Below, one piece after another: positions 1 to 9,376 of a stretch of 64,000 bases of DNA. Numbering within the stretch: the stretch's first letter is position 1; each line of letters starts with the position of its first letter. The translations under genes were made by a program, and so were the position numbers. This stretch comes from Alphaproteobacteria bacterium (lineage in GTDB: Bacteria; Pseudomonadota; Alphaproteobacteria; Bin95): NCBI GenBank assembly GCA_022826185.1, contig JAJDVH010000153.1, positions 5,070-69,069 of the forward strand, read 5' to 3'. The notes under the pieces were generated by a model, which searched no databases, was not told where the DNA came from, and was given only the letters and a program-made list of their open reading frames with translations.

Positions 1-1
1 C

Positions 2-142
2 CTGAAACGCTTCCCCCTCGAACGCCACCTCCGCGACGCCCGCGCCGCCTCCGTCATGCGCCCATGGACCCTGGACATCGTGACGGAGGAGATCTGGAAC
101 GCGGCGCTGGCGCCGGTGGACCAAGGCGGTGAATCAGGTTAG
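2..142 (+). CDS. 3' end of a CDS truncated by the window edge; the C-terminal residues (…LERHLRDARAAS…) resemble the C-terminal helix of acyl-CoA dehydrogenase/flavin-dependent oxidoreductases
   Basis: Open frame from window start to TAG at 140-142; weak similarity to ACAD C-termini by recall. Confidence 0.3.
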   Translation: MKRFPLERHLRDARAASVMRPWTLDIVTEEIWNAALAPVDQGGESG

Positions 143-251
143 TGCCGCGCTTGGAATCGGTTAACAACGGCAATTCAAAGGTTGAAAAATTAGATTTGTC
201 ATGCTCCTGAGTTGCGAGTACCCTTTACAGGGGCGCAAGAGACGCAGAGGC

Positions 252-608
252 ATGGCGGAAGCATTCGACAAGGAAAAGGCGGCGCGCGCCCTTGAGCGGG
301 CGGGCCTCGATCCGGCTGCGGCGGAAGCGATCGCGCAGTCCGGCTCGACGATCGGGCGCGGCACGCTCGATCCCGTGCCGCCCTGGCTTGCCGCCTTGCT
401 CCTGGGAGCATTTCTCGCCGTCCTCAGCTGGGGCGCACTTGAGATAAAGAACACCGGCGAACGGCTGACACTTATCGAATACAAGGTCGATGAACTTGAG
501 ACGAGCGTCATCAGGCTGGAGCAAAGGGTAACCGCATTGGAGGAGGGCCAGCGGAAGCTGGCTGCAATGTTGCAGGTCGTTCTCGACCGGCTGCCGCCGC
601 GCTCCTGA
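252..608 (+). CDS. DUF1640-like membrane-anchored coiled-coil protein (hypothetical)
   Basis: ATG at 252 preceded by a GAGG Shine-Dalgarno. N-terminus (AEAFDKEKAARALERAGLDPAAAEAIAQ) resembles DUF1640. One transmembrane helix, then a heptad-like coiled coil. Confidence 0.5.
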   Translation: MAEAFDKEKAARALERAGLDPAAAEAIAQSGSTIGRGTLDPVPPWLAALLLGAFLAVLSWGALEIKNTGERLTLIEYKVDELETSVIRLEQRVTALEEGQRKLAAMLQVVLDRLPPRS

Positions 609-672
609 CGAGCAGAACCAGGCAACCGGCGCCCAACTGTCAGGCGCCTACCGCTTCAGTGCCAAGCGCGGC

Positions 673-921
673 TTATCCCCCGCCGATGCGGGGGAGGAGA
701 TAGACTTCGGCGCCTTCGGGGATCGGGGCGGTCAGGTCGTCCTGGTGCATGACGCCGTCTATGGCGACGGCCATGCTTTCCTCGACCTGGCGGCCGAGAC
801 CCGGAAAGCGCGCCTCCAGGTCCCGGACCAGGCCTCTTATGCTCGTTGCGTCCGACTCCAGCTCGGCCGTGCCGCCTGTGTATTGGCGGCAGGCCGAGTG
901 GGTCAGGACGATGCGCGCCAA
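673..921 (-). CDS. MoaD/ThiS-family ubiquitin-like sulfur-carrier protein
   Basis: 82 aa ending in a Gly-Gly C-terminus. Lies directly downstream of the molybdo-enzyme large subunit. Confidence 0.6.
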   Translation of the reverse strand: MARIVLTHSACRQYTGGTAELESDATSIRGLVRDLEARFPGLGRQVEESMAVAIDGVMHQDDLTAPIPEGAEVYLLPRIGGG

Positions 922-928
922 GGCGGGG

Positions 929-3211
929 CTATTCCTCCGCCGCCGCCTGCTCGTCCACCGCCTTGCGGACCTTGGGCGGCGACATGGGCAGCTCCGTCAT
1001 CCGGATGCCGATGGCGTCCTGGATGGCATTCGCCATCGCGGCCATGGGCGGCACGATCGGCACTTCGCCGACCCCGCGCGCGCCGTAGGGATGCCTCGGG
1101 TTCGGCACCTCGACGACGACCGTGTCGATCATCGGCAGGTCCGAAGCGACCGGGATGCGGTAGTCGAGGAAGCCGGGATTCTCCAGCCGGCCCTGGTCGT
1201 CATAGATGTATTCCTCGTTGAGCGCCCAGCCGATGCCCTGCACGGCGCCGCCCTGGATCTGCCCCTCGACATAGGAGGGATGGATCGCGCGGCCGGCGTC
1301 CTGTGTCGCCAGATAGCGCAGCACCTTCACATGGCCGGTCTCCCGGTCCACCTCGACATCGACCAGATGCGTGCCGAAGCCGGGGCCCGCGCCCTGGGCG
1401 TTGAGCGAGGAGGTGGCGGCGATCGGCCCGCCGGTGCGGCCCGACTTGGCCGCGAGGTCTTCCAGCGACAGCGGCTCGAAATCGCCCGCATTGCTGCCGG
1501 CGGGAACGGCCCGGCCGTCCTGCCACTCGACCGCATCGACCGGGATGTCCCAGGTCTTGGCGGCGCGCGCCTTCAGCTCGTTCACGACCGATTTCGACGC
1601 CTCCACCACGGCCATGCCGGTGGCGAAGGTGACGCGGCTGCCGCCGGTGAGGAAGCAGTAGCCGACCGAGCTCGTGTCCGCGACGATCGGGCGGACGCGC
1701 TCCACGTCGATGCCGAGCACCTCGGCCGCCATCATCGCCATGGAGGCGCGGGAGCCGCCGATATCCGGGTTGCCGGTGGCGACCACGGCCGTGCCGTCCT
1801 CGTTGATGTTGACGGTCGCGGAGGACTCGCCGCCGATATTGAACCAGAAGCCTGCGGCGACGCCGCGGCCCTGGTTCGGCCCGAGCGGCACATTGTAGTT
1901 CGGGTGGTCCTTCACCGCCTCCAGCGTCTCGACGCAGCCGATATCGCCGAAGGTCGGGCCGTAGGCGGCCTTCGTGCCCTTCTTGGCGGCATTTTTGAGC
2001 CGAAGCTCGACCGGGTCCATGTCGAGTTCGCGCGCAAGCTCGTCCACCGCGCTCTCGACGCCGAAATTCGAGATCGGCGCGCCGGGCGCCCGGTAGGCGG
2101 CGACCTTGGGACGGTTGGTCACGACGTCATAGCCGGTGATGCGCACGTCCTGGAGGTCGTACACCGCGAACGCGGTCATGCAGCCGGGGCCGACGGGCGA
2201 GCCTGCATAGGCGCCGGCCTGGAATTTCAGCACCGCGTCGCCGGCGACGATGGTGCCGTCGCGCTTGGCGCCGATCTTGACCCAGACGGTGCCACCCGAG
2301 GTCGGGCCGGAGCCGCGGAACACCTCTTCGCGGGTCATCGCCATCTTGACCGGCCGTCCGGATTTCCGCGACAGCACGACCGCCAGCGGCTCCAGATAGA
2401 CCAGCGTCTTGCCGCCGAAGCCGCCGCCGATCTCCAGCGGCGTCACGCGGATTTCGGAAATGTCGATGCCGAGCAGCTTGGCCACATAGGCGCGGACCAT
2501 GAACTGCCCCTGGCTGGAGCAGTAGATCTGCACCTGCCCGTCCGCGGCATACTGCGCCACGCAGGCATGCGGCTCGATATAGCCCTGGTGGACCGGCGCG
2601 GTCTTGTATTTGCGCTCGATGACGATGTCGGCCTTCCCGAACGCCGCGTCCACGTCGCCCAGCTCGAAGACCATGCGCTTGGCGACATTGGAAGGCGTCG
2701 TCGGCTTCGGATCGACGCCCGAGGTGAACATGTCGTCATGGAGAACGGGTGCGCCCTCGACCATCGCGTCCTCGACGTCGATGACATGCGGCAGCACCTC
2801 GTAATCCACCTCGATGGCCGCGAGCGCGGCATCGGCGGCGGCGGCGCTGGTGGCCGCGACGGCCGCGACGGCATGGCCGTCATAGAGCGCCTTGTCGCGC
2901 GCCATCGTGTTGCCGGACATGTCCTTGAAGTCCGCCGGGCCTTCGCCGACAAAGGCTTCCTCGCTGGTGATCTCGGGCATGTCGGCCGCGGTCATCACCG
3001 CCTTGACGCCCGGGATCGCCTCCGCCTTCGAAGTATCGATGGAACGGATGCGGGCATGGGCGTGCGGGCTGCGCAGCACCTTGCCCACAAGCTGGCCGGG
3101 AAGCTGGAAATCGGCTCCGAACTGAGCGCGGCCGGTGACCTTGTCCACGCCGTCCGGGCGGATCGGCCTGGTGCCGACGACCTTGAGGTCAGGGGTTCCG
3201 TCGGGTGCCAT
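929..3211 (-). CDS. Xanthine dehydrogenase/CoxL-family molybdopterin-binding large subunit (form-II-like active-site loop AYRAPGA)
   Basis: About 760 aa with aldehyde oxidase/XDH large-subunit architecture. Start reassigned to ATG at 3211 (MAPDGTPDLKVVG), 2 nt after the small-subunit stop. Active-site loop resembles form-II AYRGAGR rather than the AYxCSFR of true CO dehydrogenase. Confidence 0.85.
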   Translation of the reverse strand: MAPDGTPDLKVVGTRPIRPDGVDKVTGRAQFGADFQLPGQLVGKVLRSPHAHARIRSIDTSKAEAIPGVKAVMTAADMPEITSEEAFVGEGPADFKDMSGNTMARDKALYDGHAVAAVAATSAAAADAALAAIEVDYEVLPHVIDVEDAMVEGAPVLHDDMFTSGVDPKPTTPSNVAKRMVFELGDVDAAFGKADIVIERKYKTAPVHQGYIEPHACVAQYAADGQVQIYCSSQGQFMVRAYVAKLLGIDISEIRVTPLEIGGGFGGKTLVYLEPLAVVLSRKSGRPVKMAMTREEVFRGSGPTSGGTVWVKIGAKRDGTIVAGDAVLKFQAGAYAGSPVGPGCMTAFAVYDLQDVRITGYDVVTNRPKVAAYRAPGAPISNFGVESAVDELARELDMDPVELRLKNAAKKGTKAAYGPTFGDIGCVETLEAVKDHPNYNVPLGPNQGRGVAAGFWFNIGGESSATVNINEDGTAVVATGNPDIGGSRASMAMMAAEVLGIDVERVRPIVADTSSVGYCFLTGGSRVTFATGMAVVEASKSVVNELKARAAKTWDIPVDAVEWQDGRAVPAGSNAGDFEPLSLEDLAAKSGRTGGPIAATSSLNAQGAGPGFGTHLVDVEVDRETGHVKVLRYLATQDAGRAIHPSYVEGQIQGGAVQGIGWALNEEYIYDDQGRLENPGFLDYRIPVASDLPMIDTVVVEVPNPRHPYGARGVGEVPIVPPMAAMANAIQDAIGIRMTELPMSPPKVRKAVDEQAAAEE

Positions 3212-3212
3212 G

Positions 3213-3692
3213 TCAGGATGCTCCTCGCATGTCGGCGGCCGTGTCGAGCACGGCGCGGATGATCTTGTCGTAGCCGGTGCAGCGGCAGAGATTGCCGGCG
3301 AGCCAGTAGCGCGCCTCCTCCTCGGTGGGATTCGGGTTGCGCTCCAGCAGCGCCCGGGATGCGACGAGGAAGCCCGGCGTGCAGATGCCGCATTGCAGCG
3401 CGGCATATTCCAGGAACTTCTGCTGCAGCGGGTGCAACTGGTCCCCGTCGGCCATGCCCTCGATGGTCTCGACCGAGTGGCCCTCGGCCTCGACGCCCAG
3501 CATCAGGCAGGAACAGACGAGGCGGCCGTCGACCGTGATCGAGCAGGCGCCGCAGTCGCCCGTGGCGCAGCCTTCCTTGGTGCCGGTCAGGTGTAACTCG
3601 TCGCGAAGCACGTCGAGCATGGTCTGCTCAGTGTTGCAGAGGAACTCGACCGGCTCGCCGTTGATCGTGGTGGAAATGTGATGTTTCGCCAT
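3213..3692 (-). CDS. (2Fe-2S)-binding small subunit of the molybdo-enzyme (CoxS/XdhC-iron-sulfur type)
   Basis: 159 aa with conserved cysteine clusters (CGxCxxC, CxxGxC...C) typical of CoxS. Confidence 0.85.
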   Translation of the reverse strand: MAKHHISTTINGEPVEFLCNTEQTMLDVLRDELHLTGTKEGCATGDCGACSITVDGRLVCSCLMLGVEAEGHSVETIEGMADGDQLHPLQQKFLEYAALQCGICTPGFLVASRALLERNPNPTEEEARYWLAGNLCRCTGYDKIIRAVLDTAADMRGAS

Positions 3693-3701
3693 GGTTTCGG
3701 C

Positions 3702-4568
3702 TCAGGCTCCCGCGCGCTTGAAGGCAGTGGCGGCCGCGCGGCGCGCCAGCACGCCTGCGACCTTGGTGCGGTATTCGATGGTGCCGCGCTTGTCGTCGAT
3801 CGGCTTGCAGGCGGCCCGCGCGGCAGCGTCGAGCGCGGCGAGAGCCGCATCGTCGAGCTTGCTGCCGATCAGCGCCGCAGCCGCATCGGGAACGACCAGC
3901 ACGGTCGGCGCGACGGCCCCGAGCGACACTTTCGCCGCTGTGCAGGTGCCGCCCTCATCCAGCGTCACGCAGACGCCGGCGCCGACCACGGCGATGTCCA
4001 TTTCCGTGCGCGGAATGAAGCGCAGATAGGCGTCGCCCGTGCGCGCCGGCTTCGGCGGCAGCTTGACCGCGACCACCATCTCGCCCTTGGCGAGCGATGT
4101 GCTTCCCGGCCCGGTCGGGACCTCTTCGACCGGAACCTCACGCTCCCCGTTCGGCCCGGCTATGACGACCGTCGCGCCTGCCGCGATCAGCGCCGGCACG
4201 GAATCCGCAGCCGGCGAGGCGTTGCAGAGATTGCCGACGAAGGAAGCGCGGCCCTGGATCTGCGTCGAGCCGATCAATTCGACCGCTTCGACGATGCCCG
4301 GCCAGTCCCTGGACAGCGTGGCGTGCTCGCCCGCTTCGGCGCCGGAAACGGATGCGCCGATCCGGTAGCCGCCGCCCTCGGACGTAATCGTCCTGAGTTC
4401 GGGAATCCGCTTGGTATCGACGATCAGGTCCGGCTTCAGAATGCCGGAACGCAATTGGACAAGGAGGTCAGTACCCCCCGCCAGCACCTTGGCGACGCCG
4501 CTCGCGTTCGCCAGCAACTGCACCGCTTCGGCCACCGTCGTGGGCGCAGCGAAACTCGGTGCGTACAT
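3702..4568 (-). CDS. FAD-binding medium subunit (CoxM/XdhB-like)
   Basis: 288 aa with a FAD-binding PCMH-type domain (AGGTDLLVQLR motif). First gene of the M-S-L operon. Confidence 0.8.
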   Translation of the reverse strand: MYAPSFAAPTTVAEAVQLLANASGVAKVLAGGTDLLVQLRSGILKPDLIVDTKRIPELRTITSEGGGYRIGASVSGAEAGEHATLSRDWPGIVEAVELIGSTQIQGRASFVGNLCNASPAADSVPALIAAGATVVIAGPNGEREVPVEEVPTGPGSTSLAKGEMVVAVKLPPKPARTGDAYLRFIPRTEMDIAVVGAGVCVTLDEGGTCTAAKVSLGAVAPTVLVVPDAAAALIGSKLDDAALAALDAAARAACKPIDDKRGTIEYRTKVAGVLARRAAATAFKRAGA

Positions 4569-4743
4569 CCTTCCTCCTCAATCTCGCATGGTCGCGCAAA
4601 AAGACCCCGGCCGGAACCGTGGGACCGGTCGGCCGCCTTCGGATGCATACATTCTAGAGCCAACCGCAACCCTTTGGCGAGAGCGCAGCGTCGATAAGTC
4701 GCCTCGACTGCCTCGTTCGCCGCTCGAGGCAGAACGAAACTTC

Positions 4744-5244
4744 TCAAAAATCAATCACCACAGGACTATGTCCGCAGTCTTCGATGAACCGCACGAGGTC
4801 TTCCGGGGCGATGGCGGTGGTGCGGTCGTTGCGGAGCGGGTGGTAGTTGAGCGGCGAGATTTCGAGCATCCGGGCCTGCAGCACCGGTTGCACGCGCTGT
4901 TCGCGATCATTGATGAGGGCGAAGGGCGTGACCGCGCCGGGCAGGACGCCCAGCACCTCCATCAGCCGTTCGGCGGAACCGAAGGAAGGCCGTCCCGCGC
5001 CGATGCGTTCGCCGAATGCCTTCAGCTCGATCTTCGCGTCCTCAAGACAAACGACGAGCCAGTAGGCGCTCTTCCGGTTCTTCAGGAACAGGTTCTTGCA
5101 ATGGCCGCCGGCGATACTACCGCGCAGTTCCCGGTTTTCGTCCACCGTGAACACCGGCTCGTGGCAGACGGTGCTATAGGCGATGGCGAGCTCGTCTAGG
5201 CGGGCGAAAAGGTCCTCCGGCGTGGCGGGCATGGAGGCCGTCAT
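4744..5244 (-). CDS. Prolyl-tRNA synthetase-associated (YbaK/ProX-type) deacylase domain protein
   Basis: 166 aa with the YbaK-like fold signature (…GGHCKNLFLK…); stop overlaps the PrpD-like gene. Confidence 0.65.
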   Translation of the reverse strand: MTASMPATPEDLFARLDELAIAYSTVCHEPVFTVDENRELRGSIAGGHCKNLFLKNRKSAYWLVVCLEDAKIELKAFGERIGAGRPSFGSAERLMEVLGVLPGAVTPFALINDREQRVQPVLQARMLEISPLNYHPLRNDRTTAIAPEDLVRFIEDCGHSPVVIDF

Positions 5245-6646
5245 GCCGTTACTGCGGTTGCGGCGGCGAGCGCGGCGGCGTCGTGGCGAGGGAGTTCCAT
5301 CAGGACGGTCTTCAGCCGCTCCGCCGCTGCCTCGCCCACGGCGCCTGCCGCAAGCGCATCGTATTTGGAGAGCAGCGCCGCCTCGCGGCCCGGATGGCCC
5401 GGGGCTCCGGACGGATTGAGGGTTTCCGACCGTTCCACCCGTCCCCCGGGCCCGGCGATCTCCACCCAGCCGGGGTAATCGGCCGGATACAGGCCGTCGA
5501 GTTCGGCGTCAGGCACCAGTTCGATCCGCCGGGCGAGTTCGACCAGTTCCGGGTCCTTCAACCGCTCGTCGGTATATTGGGCGGGAAGCGCGTTGCCGTC
5601 CGCAAGCGCCGCGGCGATGGTGAAACGCGCGCTCATCTGGCCGTTGAGGGCGGTGCCGGGCTCGTAGTCGAAGCCGCACTGGACATCGACCACGCGCGGC
5701 AGGCCGGCGCGAACCGTTTCGTCTGCAGCCGGCATACGCCCGAGACGCTCGCGGAGCTCGCGGGCGGCATCGACATAGGAATGCAGCGAACCGCAGCAGG
5801 AATAGGGCTTGAAATAGACCTGCTCGACGGCCCATTCGCCGCCGAGCCCATCCAGCAGGCGTTCCGGCTTTGCGGCGTCGGAGAAGGCGTGGAGGAAGCC
5901 GCCGTCATCGGTCTCCAGCACGCTCGCCGGGCCGGTGAAACCCATCGCGGCCAGCTCCGCCGCCATGACGCCGGCATGGGCGGCGCGGCCCGGATGCAGG
6001 CGTTTGCTCATTGCGCCGTCCGCGTTGAAGGCGAACAGCCCGGACCCCTGCGTTGCGCCAAGGCCGAGCGCCCAGGCGGTTGCCTCTTCGTCGAGCCCGA
6101 ACAGCACGGCGCCCGCCGCCGCCGCGCCGAGCGGGCCGCACACGCCCGTCAGGTGCCAGCCGCGCAGCCTGGCCGCATTGGGATCGAGGGCGCGGGACGC
6201 GCGGACCATGATCTCATAGCCCGCGACGACCGCCATTTCGATCTCGTCGCCCCCCGAGCCGAGGCGCTCGGCAAGCGCAAGCGTGGCCGGGACGACCGCG
6301 GCGCCCGGGTGCAGCTTGGCAATAAAGTCGTCGAGTTCGAAGGCATGGGCAGCGACGCCGTTCACGAGCGCTGCGTCGGCAGGCCTGAGCGAGGGGCCGG
6401 CTTCTCCCCAGACCGTAGCAAGGCCCTCGCCATTGCCGGGAGGCCCGTACCCCCGGCGTGCCCAGGCCAATGCCGTTTCGGCCCAGAACTCCCGCCGTCC
6501 GTGCAGTGCGGCACCCATCGTATCGAGGATGGCGAGGCGCGCGGCATGGCGTGCGCTATCGGGTAAGGCCTCCGGGCGAAGGCCGGCCAACCAGCGGGCG
6601 AGTTCTACGGTCAGGGCTGTCGTTTCGCTGCGGTCGCGCGGCATGG
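5241..6646 (-). CDS. MmgE/PrpD family protein (2-methylcitrate dehydratase-like)
   Basis: The ORF-track N-terminal extension is rejected. Start placed at ATG 6646 (MPRDRSETTALTVELARWLAGLRPEALP), the typical MmgE/PrpD N-terminus. Confidence 0.8.
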
Positions 6647-6775
6647 CAGGTCTCCGAAAGCACAGGGCAGTCCACCGGGAGGGTTCCAACGGCGGCAATT
6701 TCCGGCAAAGAATGCAGGAATCGCGGTCCGCTCGCAAACCGGTCGGCCGCCTCGGAGAAGCGGGAGAGTGCGGCC

Positions 6776-7969
6776 ATGCCGGGTCCGTTCCACGGCCTGA
6801 GAGTGATCGACCTGACAACGGTGGTCGTAGGCCCTTACACGAGCCAGTTCCTCGGCGACCTCGGCGCCGACGTCATCAAGGTCGAGGCGCCCGAAGGCGA
6901 CCTCTCGCGGCTGGTCGGGCCCCACCGCAATCCCGGCATGACCTCGCAGTGGGTGCATGTGAACCGCAACAAGCGCAGCGTGGTTCTCGACCTCAAGACC
7001 GAAGGCGGCAAGCAGGCGATGGACCGGCTGCTCGGCACAGCCGACGTCTTCGTCCACAATATGCGCCCGGAGCCGCTGGCGCGGCTCGGCCTCGACTATG
7101 CGCGCGTGTCCGGGATCAGGCCGGACATCGTGTTCTGCAACATCTGGGGGTTCGGTCGCAGCGGCCCCTATGCCGGGCGGGCGGCTTTCGACGACGTGAT
7201 CCAGGCGGGCGCCGGCCTCGCCGCGCTGGAAGGTTTCGCCACGGGCGAGGCGAAATATGTGCCCATGCTGATCGCCGACAAGACGACGGCGCTGTTCGCG
7301 GCGCTCGCGGTCTCGGGCGCGCTCTACCACCGCCTTGCGACCGGCGAGGGGCAGGAGGTCGAGGTGCCGATGTTCGAGAGCATGGCGGGGTTCGCCATGG
7401 TGGAGCATCTGTGGGGCGAAAGCTTCGTGCCGGCCCTGGACCGGGTGGGCTCGGAACGCCATGCCACGCCGAAGCGCTGGCCGATCGCCACGAAGGACGG
7501 CTTCATCTGCGTGCTGGCGACATCCGACAAGCACTGGCGCGCCCTGCTGGCGATCGCCGGGCGTCCGGAACTGATCGAAGACCCGCGCTATGCGACCCGT
7601 CCGGCTCGTTTCCGGCACCGGGACGAGATCAATGCCGAACTCGAAACGTGGATGCAGGAGAAGACCACCGAGGAATGGGCGGGACCGCTGTCGGAGGCGG
7701 GCGTTCCCTGCATGCCGGTGCAGAGCCTGGAGCAGGTGGTCGCGGACCCCCATCTGGCCGAAGTCGGCTTCTGGCACGAGATCGACCATCCGAGCGAGGG
7801 CCGGCTCCGGCTGATGGCGCCCTCGCTCACGCTCAATCGCTCGCCCGCCTCGATCCGCCGGCCGCCGCCCCGCCAGGGCGAGCACACGCGGGAAGTGCTG
7901 TCGGAAATCGGCTTCGACGACGCCGGGATCGAGGACCTACTGGCCTCCGGCGCAGCGATGGCGGAATAA
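6776..7969 (+). CDS. Family III CoA-transferase (CaiB/BaiF)
   Basis: Start at ATG 6776 (MPGPFHGLRVIDLTTVVVGP), the canonical CaiB N-terminus. Divergent from the PrpD-like gene. Confidence 0.85.
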   Translation: MPGPFHGLRVIDLTTVVVGPYTSQFLGDLGADVIKVEAPEGDLSRLVGPHRNPGMTSQWVHVNRNKRSVVLDLKTEGGKQAMDRLLGTADVFVHNMRPEPLARLGLDYARVSGIRPDIVFCNIWGFGRSGPYAGRAAFDDVIQAGAGLAALEGFATGEAKYVPMLIADKTTALFAALAVSGALYHRLATGEGQEVEVPMFESMAGFAMVEHLWGESFVPALDRVGSERHATPKRWPIATKDGFICVLATSDKHWRALLAIAGRPELIEDPRYATRPARFRHRDEINAELETWMQEKTTEEWAGPLSEAGVPCMPVQSLEQVVADPHLAEVGFWHEIDHPSEGRLRLMAPSLTLNRSPASIRRPPPRQGEHTREVLSEIGFDDAGIEDLLASGAAMAE

Positions 7970-8047
7970 TGTAGTCACAGTATGGTCTTGAATTTGGCGG
8001 TTCAACGGCGCATGTTGCCGTAGCTGAAACGCCGGGAGCGATTCGCC

Positions 8048-8308
8048 ATGGAAATGGCCCTTCGGGAAGCCAAGGCCCGCCTCTCCGAACTCGTCACTGC
8101 CGCCTGCCGGGGTGAGCGCGTCGTTATCACCAAATACGGCCAGCCGGCGGTCGAACTCGTGCGCTGCGAGCGGCGCGGCGGGATCGATTTCGACAAGCTG
8201 GAAGAAGACCGCAGGCGGCTCGGTCTCATAGGTGACGGAGAAGGGTGGCCGGAGGAGTTCGACGATCCCGCATTCAGCCGTTACGTCCTGGGCCTCGAAG
8301 ACGAGTAG
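8048..8308 (+). CDS. Phd/YefM-family type II antitoxin
   Basis: 86 aa. The N-terminus (MALREAKARLSELV…RVVITKYGQPAVELV) is the Phd/YefM signature. Confidence 0.75.
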   Translation: MEMALREAKARLSELVTAACRGERVVITKYGQPAVELVRCERRGGIDFDKLEEDRRRLGLIGDGEGWPEEFDDPAFSRYVLGLEDE

Positions 8309-8319
8309 CCGGACAACCG

Positions 8320-8730
8320 GTGCGGATTCTCCTCGATACCTCCTTTCTCTACAACCTGATGGATGCGCCGGGAAAGTTCGCGGACTTTCGGCGCCGACTA
8401 TTAATGTCAGGCGAGACGCAGTTTTACGTAAGCGCGGTGTCGATCTGGGAGATGCGGCTCAAATTCAATGCCCGCCATGCTTCGGGTGAGCGCAAGAGCC
8501 GGTTCGACCCGAACGATGTCATTCCCGTGCTGGAAAACCAGGGTGTGACATTCCTGCCGATGACGATACGCCATGCCGCCCGCGCCCTCGAGACGCCGCT
8601 CGCGCATCGGGACCCGTTCGACGAATTGCTGCTCGTCCAGGCTCAGGAGGAGGGCCTGAAGCTGCTTACCGTCGATCGTCTCCTTGCCGGCCACCCGCTT
8701 GCGGTCTCCTCGCAGGAAGCCGGGCCATGA
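8320..8730 (+). CDS. vapC: PIN-domain toxin (VapC-like)
   Basis: GTG start 12 nt after the antitoxin stop. The VRILLDTSFL N-terminus carries the PIN acidic Asp, and a conserved Asp lies near the C-terminus. Confidence 0.7.
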   Translation: MRILLDTSFLYNLMDAPGKFADFRRRLLMSGETQFYVSAVSIWEMRLKFNARHASGERKSRFDPNDVIPVLENQGVTFLPMTIRHAARALETPLAHRDPFDELLLVQAQEEGLKLLTVDRLLAGHPLAVSSQEAGP

Positions 8731-9287
8731 TGCAGGACGTTCCGGCGGGGCATATCGCCGCCATCGTCACCGATCTTGAGATGACGTCGCCCCCCGCCGA
8801 TCCCGGCCCGGCCGCCGCGCTGGTCAGGTGGCGCAATCCGGACCTCGATGCCTACCGCGCGCTGTTTCGCGAGATCGGCGAGGACTGGCTCTGGTTCTCG
8901 CGCCTCTCGCTTCCCGACAAGGCGTTGGCGGCCATCCTGCACGATCCGCAGGTAGAGCTCTATGCGGGCCCGGACAGGGAGAGCATCGTCGAGCTCGATT
9001 TCCGGCAAGGAGGTTCGTGCGAGGTCGCGTTCTTCGGTCTCGTGCCCTCCATGACGGGGCGCGGAGAAGGACGCAGGCTGATGGCGGCGGCGCTCTCCCT
9101 GGCGTGGCGGGAAGGCGTCGGCAGGGTCTGGCTGCATACCTGCACGCTCGACCACCCGGCCGCGCTTCCCTTCTATCTCTCCTGCGGCTTTCGCGCGGTG
9201 CGCCGGCGCGTCGAGGTGGAGCCCGACCCGAGGCTTGACGGGCGGATCGCGCCGCAAGCCGCCTCGCACCATCCCGTCATTCGCTGA
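8727..9287 (+). CDS. GNAT-family N-acetyltransferase
   Basis: 186 aa with an acetyl-CoA binding motif (GRGEGRRLM). ATGA overlap with the vapC stop. Confidence 0.7.
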   Translation: MMQDVPAGHIAAIVTDLEMTSPPADPGPAAALVRWRNPDLDAYRALFREIGEDWLWFSRLSLPDKALAAILHDPQVELYAGPDRESIVELDFRQGGSCEVAFFGLVPSMTGRGEGRRLMAAALSLAWREGVGRVWLHTCTLDHPAALPFYLSCGFRAVRRRVEVEPDPRLDGRIAPQAASHHPVIR

Positions 9288-9376
9288 GAGCGGCTTCCAA
9301 GAGCCGCATTGCGAAGCATGACCGGAATCTCCTAGACCCGCCTTCGACTGACATTCCCGAACCGGAGAAGGACGAC

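Noticed and set aside
749-3262. 837-aa plus-strand ORF, and many similar long ORFs elsewhere (e.g. 9332-10852, 10901-11911, 12068-13705, 14725-16218, 16252-17496, 17712-19181, 27037-28338, 35894-37687, 37900-39294, 48676-50982, 52271-53242, 56722-58653)
   Set aside because: They are antisense or out-of-frame to clearly conserved genes. They encode Arg/Ala/Gly/Pro-rich low-complexity sequence, which is typical of shadow ORFs in about 67%-GC DNA.
4690-4735. 8-bp stem hairpin CTGCCTCG…CGAGGCAG between the ybaK-like gene and the coxM promoter region
   Set aside because: No U-tract on either strand, so it is not a convincing intrinsic terminator; possibly just a GC-rich dyad.
6458-6775. N-terminal 106-aa extension of the CoA-transferase ORF (similar extensions also on the ORFs for coxL, PrpD, lpxA, lpxI, the TRAP permease, the Fe3+ SBP and the PBP)
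   Set aside because: The extensions are Arg/Pro-rich and non-conserved. Canonical family N-termini begin at internal ATGs, several with recognisable Shine-Dalgarno sequences.
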